NCBI GenBank assembly: GCA_964489555.1
Contig: CAZAZF010000006.1
Location: 42,592 to 106,591, forward strand
DNA from: an uncultured Oscillospiraceae bacterium
Lineage (GTDB): Bacteria; Bacillota; Clostridia; Peptostreptococcales; Anaerovoracaceae
DNA length: 64,000 nt
Reading direction: 5' to 3'
Positions 56,886-64,000 of the stretch are shown one piece after another (position 1 is the first letter of the stretch; every line of letters begins with the position of its first letter). The translations under genes were made by a program, and so were the position numbers. The notes below the pieces were generated by a model. The model ran no database searches and was not told the DNA's origin. It worked only from the letters and a program-made list of their open reading frames with translations.

Positions 56886-58706
56886 ATGCCAAAAGAAAAA
56901 AGCACTTTTATTTTAAAAAGATTCGCGCCATATATGGGGGAAAAGAAAATACTTCTGCCCATATCATTGATATTGTCGGGTATTTCCGCCGCGCTGAATG
57001 TTTTGCCCTTTGTTCTCGTTTGGTATATCGTTCGTGACATTTTAACCACTCCACAAGTAATTAATGTCTCACAAATCAGCCTTTATGCATGGCTTGCTTT
57101 TGCAAGCGCAATTGGCGGAATCGTCCTCTATTTTTGTGCACTTATGAGCTCGCATCTTGCCGCCTTCCGCGTGGAAGTGGGACTCCAAAAAGTGGGGATG
57201 AAAAAAGTGCTGGCTATGCCCCTTGGATTTTTCGATCAGCAGGCCAGCGGCCGAATCCGTAAAATTGTAAACGATGGTGCGGGAACAACACACTCGTTTT
57301 TGGCCCATCAACTACCGGATATGGCTGCCACTCTTGTCTCTCCGGTCATTCTTTTGGCGTTAATTTTTGTGGTGGATTGGCGAATGGGGACGGCTTCTCT
57401 CATCCCCATTGTATTGGGGTTCATTACAATGAGTTTTATGATGACTGCTGAGGGCAAGAAATTTCAACAAACCTACTTTGATTCCCTGGAAGAAATGAGC
57501 GCGGAATCAGTAGAGTACATCCGCGGCATTCCTATAGTTAAAACATTTGGGCAAACCATTTTTTCTTTCAAGCGGTTTTATAATAGCATCATAAAATATA
57601 AAGAAATGGTTCATGCTTATACCGTTCTCTGGAGACGTCCGATGTCCTTTTATACTGCGGTAATGCAGTCTGCAGCATTTTTTCTGATCCCTATGGGCAT
57701 CTTTTTGATTAATAATGGCGAGAACCTTTCTCTGGTGTTTGCCAATTTTATCTTTTATATTTTGATATCACCAACTTTCACATTGCTTCTAATGAAGTCT
57801 ATGTATTTTCGACAGAATGCTATGATTGCGGAGCAAGCCATCGACAGACTGGACAGCCTTTTGAGTTATCCGGAGATGCGATACGGCGAATCCGTAAAAA
57901 ATATTTCCAATTACAATCTTGAGTTTAAAGATGTTGTGTTTTGTTATAACGGTACTGATAAACCCGCTATTAATAAAATAAGTTTTAAATTAGAAGAAGG
58001 GGAGACACTTGCCCTTGTCGGTGCGTCCGGTAGTGGGAAAACATCTATCGCAAGACTTGCTGCCCGATTTTGGGATGCCGACGAAGGGGAGATCCTAATA
58101 GGTGGAGTCAATATTAAGGATTTTTCGAAAAAAGAGTTGATGGATAATATTTCTTTTGTTTTTCAAAACACAAAGCTGTTCAAAGGTTCGTTACGAGAAA
58201 ACATTGTTTTTGGAAAAGAGAATGTTAGAGAGACGGACATTGACAAAGCAATCGAGCTTTCGCAGTCAAAAGAGATTATTAATAGTCTGCCAAATGGTCT
58301 TGAGACCATAATAGGATCGGAAGGAACATTTCTCTCGGGCGGGGAGCAACAGAGAATTGCTCTCGCCAGAGCAATTGTAAAAGATGCTCCGATTGTTCTT
58401 TTAGACGAAGCCACAGCCTTTGCAGATCCTGAAAACGAACACCTGATTCAAAAGGCTCTCAAGGAACTCAGTAAGGGGAAAACAACGCTTATGATAGCAC
58501 ATCGTCTGACAAGTGTTCAGAACGTGGACAAAATTCTAGTGGTTGATAGCGGAACAATTGTAGAATCCGGGTCACACATAGAGTTGCTAGCCAAGAGAGG
58601 TCTTTATAAAACTATGTGGGATGAATACCAAAAAACAATTGCGTGGAAAATTGGCGTAATGGACACCCCGTCCAGAGAAGGGCAAAACAGAGGAGGAGAG
58701 AAATGA
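56886..58706 (+). CDS. ABC transporter, fused exporter-fold permease/ATPase (half of a heterodimer)
   Basis: 6-TM domain plus NBD (GASGSGKTS, LSGGEQQRIALARA, VLLDEAT). Confidence 0.88.
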   Translation: MPKEKSTFILKRFAPYMGEKKILLPISLILSGISAALNVLPFVLVWYIVRDILTTPQVINVSQISLYAWLAFASAIGGIVLYFCALMSSHLAAFRVEVGLQKVGMKKVLAMPLGFFDQQASGRIRKIVNDGAGTTHSFLAHQLPDMAATLVSPVILLALIFVVDWRMGTASLIPIVLGFITMSFMMTAEGKKFQQTYFDSLEEMSAESVEYIRGIPIVKTFGQTIFSFKRFYNSIIKYKEMVHAYTVLWRRPMSFYTAVMQSAAFFLIPMGIFLINNGENLSLVFANFIFYILISPTFTLLLMKSMYFRQNAMIAEQAIDRLDSLLSYPEMRYGESVKNISNYNLEFKDVVFCYNGTDKPAINKISFKLEEGETLALVGASGSGKTSIARLAARFWDADEGEILIGGVNIKDFSKKELMDNISFVFQNTKLFKGSLRENIVFGKENVRETDIDKAIELSQSKEIINSLPNGLETIIGSEGTFLSGGEQQRIALARAIVKDAPIVLLDEATAFADPENEHLIQKALKELSKGKTTLMIAHRLTSVQNVDKILVVDSGTIVESGSHIELLAKRGLYKTMWDEYQKTIAWKIGVMDTPSREGQNRGGEK

Positions 58707-60442
58707 TTAAGTTTTTCCAAAATAAATATGCAATGTCAGAAAAAGGGGCTAAGGATCTGCTACGGTCGATTATCTGGACCACCTTTATGGACATTAGCTT
58801 TATGTTACCGGTAGTTCTCAGCTTTAAATTCCTGGACGAGTGCATGCAGTTGTTGCTGGGTAATACCGGCAATATGGATGGCCGTGTTCTTTATTACGTT
58901 ATTATGTCTGTTTCCTTTTTCGTTGTCATGTATGTGATTGCATATTTTCAATATGATTCTACTTATACCAAGATTTATGAAGAAAGCGCCCGAAGGCGAA
59001 TCGGTCTGGCCGAAACTCTCCGGAAATTACCGTTAGCTTTTTTTGGCAAAAAAGATATTGCCGATTTAAGTTCGATGATTATGGAAGATGCGACACAAAT
59101 TGAACAGCTTTTTTCTCATGCCGTTCCTCAGCTTTATGCAGCAGGATTAACGATTTCTGTCATGAGTTTGGTGATGCTCATTTACAACTGGATGCTCTTC
59201 CTTGCTATGTTCTGGGTGGTTCCGGTTTCTGCTTTAATCTTTTATCTGTCGAAAAAGCTACAAAAACGAATGCATATGGAACTCTACCATGTTAAAAGGA
59301 ATATTTCAGACAATGTTCAAGAAGGACTGGACTCCATCCATGAGATAAAGGCCTATAATAAAGAGTCGGACTATTTGAGAACTTTAAATGCAAAATTGGA
59401 TAATTACGAAAAATTCATGATAAAAGGGGAATTATTGATTGGCGCATTTATCAACTTCTCACATGTAATCTTGACGCTTGGTCTTCCAACCGTTATATTG
59501 ACGGGAGCTTACCTGTTGTCAACAGGCTCCGTAAGCGTTTTTACATATCTTGTGTTTTTAGTTGTCACGGCACGAATATATAATCCCATCATGGAAACAA
59601 TGAATAACCTGGCGCTACTTATGTTCTTAGGTGTTCGTATAGCACGTATGAAAGAGATGGACGCGATGCCAAGGCAAGAGGGGAGGACGGAGTTTTCTCC
59701 TAAAAGTTACGACATCGAGTTTAAAGAAGTTGATTTTTCCTATCAAGACGATGTGCAAACATTAAAGAATATCAGTTTCAGCGCAAAACAAGGTGATGTA
59801 ACGGCGCTTGTTGGCCCTTCGGGAGGCGGAAAAAGCACCGTAGCAAAGCTTTCGGCCCGTTTTTGGGATATTAGCAAAGGGACCATAACCTTGGGTGGCG
59901 AAGACATATCCCTAATTGATCCCGAAGTACTCCTGAACAGTTTTTCCATCGTTTTCCAGGATGTCACTCTGTTCAACTCAAGCGTTATGGAAAACATTCG
60001 ATTGGGGAAGAAAAATGCGTCTGATGAAGAAGTCATGCAGGCAGCTCGTGTCGCACAGTGTGATGAATTTGTAAAGAGGCTATCCCAAGGATATGACACG
60101 CTGATTGGCGAAAACGGTGAAAGATTGTCTGGTGGCGAACGACAACGCATATCCATTGCAAGAGCAATATTAAAAGATGCTCCTATTATTCTGCTAGATG
60201 AGGCCACGGCTTCTTTGGATGCAGAAAATGAAAGTAAAATTCAAAATGCTCTTAGCGAACTCGTTCGAAATAAGACTGTCCTAATTATCGCCCATCGCAT
60301 GAGAACTGTATTGGGCGCCGACAAGATAGTCTTTATTAAGAACGGTTCTATTGTAGAAATGGGGAAACCTATGGATCTTAAAGAAAATCAAGGATTTTTT
60401 GCCTCGATGCTAGAAACACAGCACCAAACACTTTTTTCGTAA
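58703..60442 (+). CDS. ABC transporter, fused exporter-fold permease/ATPase (second half)
   Basis: ATGA overlap with the first half. GPSGGGKST, LSGGERQRISIARA, ILLDEAT. Confidence 0.88.
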   Translation: MIKFFQNKYAMSEKGAKDLLRSIIWTTFMDISFMLPVVLSFKFLDECMQLLLGNTGNMDGRVLYYVIMSVSFFVVMYVIAYFQYDSTYTKIYEESARRRIGLAETLRKLPLAFFGKKDIADLSSMIMEDATQIEQLFSHAVPQLYAAGLTISVMSLVMLIYNWMLFLAMFWVVPVSALIFYLSKKLQKRMHMELYHVKRNISDNVQEGLDSIHEIKAYNKESDYLRTLNAKLDNYEKFMIKGELLIGAFINFSHVILTLGLPTVILTGAYLLSTGSVSVFTYLVFLVVTARIYNPIMETMNNLALLMFLGVRIARMKEMDAMPRQEGRTEFSPKSYDIEFKEVDFSYQDDVQTLKNISFSAKQGDVTALVGPSGGGKSTVAKLSARFWDISKGTITLGGEDISLIDPEVLLNSFSIVFQDVTLFNSSVMENIRLGKKNASDEEVMQAARVAQCDEFVKRLSQGYDTLIGENGERLSGGERQRISIARAILKDAPIILLDEATASLDAENESKIQNALSELVRNKTVLIIAHRMRTVLGADKIVFIKNGSIVEMGKPMDLKENQGFFASMLETQHQTLFS

Positions 60443-60474
60443 AATGGAAGCAAAGAAATAGCTGGGCGTCGAAG

Positions 60475-60852
60475 TTATCGCTGAAGCTTGTCTGAACATT
60501 TGCACCGCTGAAGGGCCCGGAAACTTTCGTCACTAAGATCGTGTTCGATCTTACAGGCGTCTATGCGTGCAATAGAGGGATTAACACCTAGGGAAATTAG
60601 AAAATCCGCTAAAAATTTGTGTCTTTCATACATAGCCGTCGCAACTTTCTTCCCTTTATCGGTTAGAAAAATCATGTGGTCTTTATCCATGGTAATGTAG
60701 CCGCTTTCTCTTAGTTTTTTCGTTGCAAAAGAAACACTGGGTTTGGTTACATTTAATTCTTCGGCAATGTCGATAGAGCGGATATAGCCATACTTCTCTT
60801 GTAGCATAAGCATCATTTCAAGATAATCTTCAGCCGATTTATTAATTTCCAT
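60475..60852 (-). CDS. DtxR/MntR-family metal-dependent transcriptional regulator (short form, no SH3-like domain)
   Basis: SAEDYLEMMLML...IRSIDIAEELNVTKPSVSFATKKLRESGYI...ERHKFLADFL...IEH pattern. 125 aa. Confidence 0.85.
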   Translation of the reverse strand: MEINKSAEDYLEMMLMLQEKYGYIRSIDIAEELNVTKPSVSFATKKLRESGYITMDKDHMIFLTDKGKKVATAMYERHKFLADFLISLGVNPSIARIDACKIEHDLSDESFRALQRCKCSDKLQR

Positions 60853-60958
60853 GTCTTGCCACCTCCCTTAATACAAAGCTAACATAATTTACAAATGAAA
60901 GCAATGTTTGAGGGGTAAAGAAAGATTGTTATAAAAATATAAAACTTGATATAATTGT

Positions 60959-60987
60959 TTGACAAGAAGAGTTAGAGGTGCTAAACT
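60959..60987 (+). promoter_or_regulatory. Promoter of the feoA-feoA-feoB operon (module B)
   Basis: TTGACA-N17-TAAACT. Confidence 0.6.
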
Positions 60988-61024
60988 ACAGTTGGTTAGC
61001 CTTTACTAACCAACTGTAGTTTAG
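60981..61024 (+). promoter_or_regulatory. 19-bp perfect inverted repeat with DtxR-like half-sites overlapping the -10 (candidate metalloregulator operator)
   Basis: CTAAACTACAGTTGGTTAG-CCTTTA-CTAACCAACTGTAGTTTAG. GGTTAGCCT matches the centre of the DtxR/IdeR consensus TTAGGTTAGCCTAACCTAA. Confidence 0.55.
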
Positions 61025-61041
61025 TTTGAGGGGGTTTCAAT

Positions 61042-61302
61042 ATGCGTTTTGGGAGAAGATATGGAGCCGGGAAATGTTGTAAGTGCCGATGTGATAGTGT
61101 GCCCTTCATGGGCAATGGCGATACAAAGATCATACGAGGAATCGCCGGACATGATATGATGCGTCGACATTTGGCGGAGATGGGATTTGTAACTGGAGAA
61201 CCAATTACTATGATATCCCAATATGGAGGTAATGTCATATTGCAGGTGAAGGGCTTTAGAGTGGCGTTAGACAAAAAGCTGGCGCGCAGGATAATTGTTT
61301 AG
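61042..61302 (+). CDS. feoA: FeoA-family protein with Cys-rich N-terminal extension
   Basis: GAGGGGG RBS. The extension is GKCCKCRCDSVPF. FeoA core IRGIAGHDMMRRHLAEMGFVTGEPITMI. Confidence 0.8.
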   Translation: MRFGRRYGAGKCCKCRCDSVPFMGNGDTKIIRGIAGHDMMRRHLAEMGFVTGEPITMISQYGGNVILQVKGFRVALDKKLARRIIV

Positions 61303-61312
61303 GAGGAATGGT

Positions 61313-61534
61313 ATGAAAACATTGAAAGAAACCAATGTGGGAGAGACAGTAGTGGTAACGAAGTTAAATGGGGCCGGTGCTGTGGCGAAACGAATCATGG
61401 ATATGGGAGTCACCAAAGGAGTGGAAATTTATGTTAGGAAAGTCGCTCCCTTGGGAGATCCTATTGAGATTTGCCTGCGCGGGTATGAGTTATCTATCCG
61501 CAAGAAGGATGCAGAGTTAATAGAAGTCGAGTAA
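61313..61534 (+). CDS. feoA: FeoA-family protein
   Basis: AGGAGG plus ATG 61313. GETVVVTKLNG...KRIMDMGVTKGVEIYVRKVAPLGDPIE. Confidence 0.85.
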   Translation: MKTLKETNVGETVVVTKLNGAGAVAKRIMDMGVTKGVEIYVRKVAPLGDPIEICLRGYELSIRKKDAELIEVE

Positions 61535-61589
61535 TTTTTTTCGGATTAGGTTAAACATGACTAACCGACAAAGTGAGGAGGAGGACAAA

Positions 61590-63755
61590 ATGGGCATTAC
61601 CATAGCGCTAGCGGGAAATCCGAATAGCGGGAAAACAACGTTATTTAATAGTTTGACGGGTTCTTCGCAACGAGTAGGAAATTGGCCGGGTGTAACCGTG
61701 GAAAAGAAAGAAGGAAAATTGAAGGGGCACAAGGATGTGACGATTCAGGATCTCCCCGGTATTTATTCACTGTCGCCTTATACATTAGAAGAGGTAGTGA
61801 CAAGGAGATATTTGGCGAACGAACGACCTGACGCAATCATTAACATCATTGATGGCACAAATCTTGAGAGAAATCTATATTTGACAACTCAAATTCTCGA
61901 GTTGGGAATTCCGACAATCATCGCCGTTAACATGATTGATGTGGTTCAAAAAAATGGAGATTCGTTTAACCTTGCCAATCTTGAAGATGCGCTGGGGGCT
62001 GAGGTTTTAGAGATTTCTGCTTTGAAAGGAATAGGAATCAACGAGTTAATCACGAGGTCGATAGAATTGGTGAATCAGGCTAGGCCTAAAGAAATATCTT
62101 CTGTCTTTGAGGGTACGGTGGAACATGCCATTGCCCACATTGAGGAGTCATTGGAAAGTGTGCTAAGCTCCAAGCCTCTCCGATGGTATGCCATAAAAGT
62201 GTTTGAGAGAGATGAAAAAGTGCTAGAGGAATTGGGTTTGGAGGAAACATTGTCGTCTCACCTGGAGGAGCATATCCGATTTTGTGAAGAAGAGTATCAG
62301 GACCGGGCTGAAAGCATTATTACCGACCAGAGGTACTTGTATATTTCTAAGCTGGTAAAGACTGTAATGAAAAAAAATGTAGACAGAATGGAAGCAAGCT
62401 GGTCAGACCGAATTGATCGCGTTATCACAAATCGAATTCTAGCTTTGCCCATATTTGCGTTAGTAATGTTCTTTATATACTACATTTCAATTTCAACAGT
62501 TGGGGGTTATGCAACGGATTGGGCTAATGACACCTTTTTCGGAGAATTGGTAGCAGGAAATTTGAATGATTGGTTTGAAGCAACCTCGGTGGCTCCCTGG
62601 TTAAGCGGGTTGATTGTGGAAGGAATCATTGGAGGCGTAGGGGCGGTTATGGGTTTTGTGCCACAAATGTTTATTTTATTTTTACTTCTCTCCATTTTTG
62701 AAGAAATTGGATATATGGCTAGAGTAGCTTTTATAATGGACCGGATTTTTCGAAAATTTGGGTTAAGCGGGAAAAGCTTTATTCCCATGCTTATTTCTTC
62801 CGGGTGCGGAGTCCCGGGAATAATGGCATGCCGAACTATCGAAAATGAACGAGATCGCAGGATGACAATCATGACCACAACATTTGTCCCGTGTGGGGCA
62901 AAAATGCCGATAGTAGCCCTTCTGGCAGGTGCATTATTTGGGGGGAGTGGATTGATTGCTACTTCTGCATATTTCATAGGTGTTGGTTCTGTAATCGTGA
63001 GTGGTATTATCTTAAAAAAGACAAGGCCTTTTGCCGGAGAAGCGGCCCCTTTCGTTATGGAATTGCCAGCTTACCATATTCCTTCACCTTCCAATGTGCT
63101 TCGAGCTACATGGGAGAGGGGGTGGTCCTTTATCAAGAGAGCGGGAACGATTATCTTGATATCTGCGATTGTGTTGTGGTTCCTGCAGGCTTTTGGTGTT
63201 GAAAACGGGTCCTTGCAAATGGTGGAAGATAACAACACAAGTCTTTTGGCAGCTATCGGTGTCCTGATTGCTCCCGTGTTTGCCCCGTTGGGCTTTGGCG
63301 ATTGGAAAGCAACCGTTGCTACTTTTACTGGCTTAATTGCGAAGGAAAATGTGGTGGGAACTTTTGGCGTTTTATATGGTGTGGCCGAAGTAGCGGAAGA
63401 CGGAGTGGAGATATGGGCTAACCTTGCAGCTAGTTTTACTCCTCTTGCTGCATTTAGTTTCCTCGTGTTTAATTTACTGTGCGCACCTTGTTTTGCTGCA
63501 ATCGGAGCGATTCGAAGAGAAATGAGCAGTGGAAAATGGACGTGGGCAGCTATCGGGTACCAAACTGGATATGCATATGTTATTGCGTTAATCGTGTATC
63601 AATTAGGGCTCGTGTTTTCCGGGAATCCGTTTGGCGTAGGATCTGCAGTGGCAATACTTTTGTTAGGGTTAATGATGTTTATGCTTTTTAGAAAGAGCAA
63701 GTATAATGAGTACGAAAAGCCTCTTAAGGTAAAAGGAGAATGGACCAATGCTTAG
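61590..63755 (+). CDS. feoB: Ferrous iron transporter FeoB
   Basis: GAGGAGGAGG plus ATG 61590. G-domain GNPNSGKTTLFN, DLPG and NMID. Polytopic membrane domain. Confidence 0.95.
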   Translation: MGITIALAGNPNSGKTTLFNSLTGSSQRVGNWPGVTVEKKEGKLKGHKDVTIQDLPGIYSLSPYTLEEVVTRRYLANERPDAIINIIDGTNLERNLYLTTQILELGIPTIIAVNMIDVVQKNGDSFNLANLEDALGAEVLEISALKGIGINELITRSIELVNQARPKEISSVFEGTVEHAIAHIEESLESVLSSKPLRWYAIKVFERDEKVLEELGLEETLSSHLEEHIRFCEEEYQDRAESIITDQRYLYISKLVKTVMKKNVDRMEASWSDRIDRVITNRILALPIFALVMFFIYYISISTVGGYATDWANDTFFGELVAGNLNDWFEATSVAPWLSGLIVEGIIGGVGAVMGFVPQMFILFLLLSIFEEIGYMARVAFIMDRIFRKFGLSGKSFIPMLISSGCGVPGIMACRTIENERDRRMTIMTTTFVPCGAKMPIVALLAGALFGGSGLIATSAYFIGVGSVIVSGIILKKTRPFAGEAAPFVMELPAYHIPSPSNVLRATWERGWSFIKRAGTIILISAIVLWFLQAFGVENGSLQMVEDNNTSLLAAIGVLIAPVFAPLGFGDWKATVATFTGLIAKENVVGTFGVLYGVAEVAEDGVEIWANLAASFTPLAAFSFLVFNLLCAPCFAAIGAIRREMSSGKWTWAAIGYQTGYAYVIALIVYQLGLVFSGNPFGVGSAVAILLLGLMMFMLFRKSKYNEYEKPLKVKGEWTNA

Positions 63756-63906
63756 CTACTTTTTCGACAATTTGTCAACAATTGGCACGCTGATATTATT
63801 GATTGGTATTGTGGCTTTGGTGGTTCGCAGTATGGTGAAAACAAAAAGAAATAATCATTCTGCTTGTGGAAATTGTCCAAACGCCAATGCATGTAGGTAC
63901 CACTAA
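63748..63906 (+). CDS. FeoB-associated Cys-rich small membrane protein (52 aa; below the ORF-track cutoff)
   Basis: My own translation gives MLSYFFDNLSTIGTLILLIGIVALVVRSMVKTKRNNHSACGNCPNANACRYH: one TM helix plus CxxC...C. AAGGAG RBS inside the feoB end, with an 8-nt overlap with feoB. Confidence 0.7.
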   Translation: MLSYFFDNLSTIGTLILLIGIVALVVRSMVKTKRNNHSACGNCPNANACRYH

Positions 63907-64000
63907 AGGCAGGTGAAAATTTGTGGATTTGACCAAATCGCAAATACGCTATTTGATTGCTATTTATAGGTTGACAGTAGATGATAACGGAGTATCTTCT

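Noticed and set aside
63945-64000. GATTTG-AC-CAAATC mini-palindrome and TTGACA near the window end
   Set aside because: This may be the promoter region of the next gene. The -10 and the gene lie beyond the window, so nothing can be supported.

Overview
This 64-kb window looks like chromosomal DNA from an anaerobic, moderate-GC Firmicute of clostridial type. The pointers are CIRCE-controlled groESL, Rex, a clostridial 2x[4Fe-4S] ferredoxin, an ECF-type RibU behind an FMN riboswitch, and lipobox lipoproteins. I call about 60 protein genes, nearly all on the + strand and tightly packed with many ATGA-type overlaps.

Gene order, left to right:
- livHMGF-type branched-chain amino acid ABC system flanked by two binding proteins
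- nfu, capA-like, pepV
- FMN riboswitch and ribU
- tsaE-tsaB-rimI-tsaD, an ABC-F ATPase, an orphan acpP, rex, a ferredoxin (- strand, below the ORF-track cutoff)
- a P-loop/Asp23 fusion, ogg, groESL
- a 9.7-kb ldcA + peptide ABC + two M20 peptidases + IclR cluster
- XRE regulator, vanY-like peptidase, guaB, guaA
- cupin, NMO, a MetH-activation-like protein and a DUF4445 (RACo-like) protein
- APC permease, amidohydrolase, AraC
- B3/4-domain protein, mntP, sfsA
- OmpR/HK two-component pair
- a convergent radical-SAM + TIGR03915-type putative DNA-repair operon
- a second, glutaminase-degenerate guaA paralog
- a low-GC islet with two lipoproteins
- AGCS symporter, DUF362 Fe-S protein, a second B3/4 protein
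- two exporter-fold ABC half-pairs, a DtxR-family regulator (- strand), feoA-feoA-feoB and a small Cys-rich membrane protein

I saw no rRNA, tRNA, CRISPR array, transposase or integrase.

Most interesting observations:
1. Two near-identical promoter-plus-long-palindrome modules carry DtxR-like GGTTAG/CTAACC half-sites and compensatory arm changes. They sit in front of the ABC pair and the feo operon.
2. A perfect GAAC-N4-GTTC SOS box overlaps the -35 of the radical-SAM repair operon.
3. The guaA paralog has a truncated amidotransferase domain.
4. A Walker-A NTPase is fused to an Asp23 domain.
5. The ldcA cluster is coherent enough to suggest a muropeptide salvage operon.
6. An orphan corrinoid-activation-like gene pair has no corrinoid partner in the window.
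7. A promoter-operator-hairpin-terminator unit may encode a small RNA.

All protein calls rest on motif recognition by eye. No database search was run.
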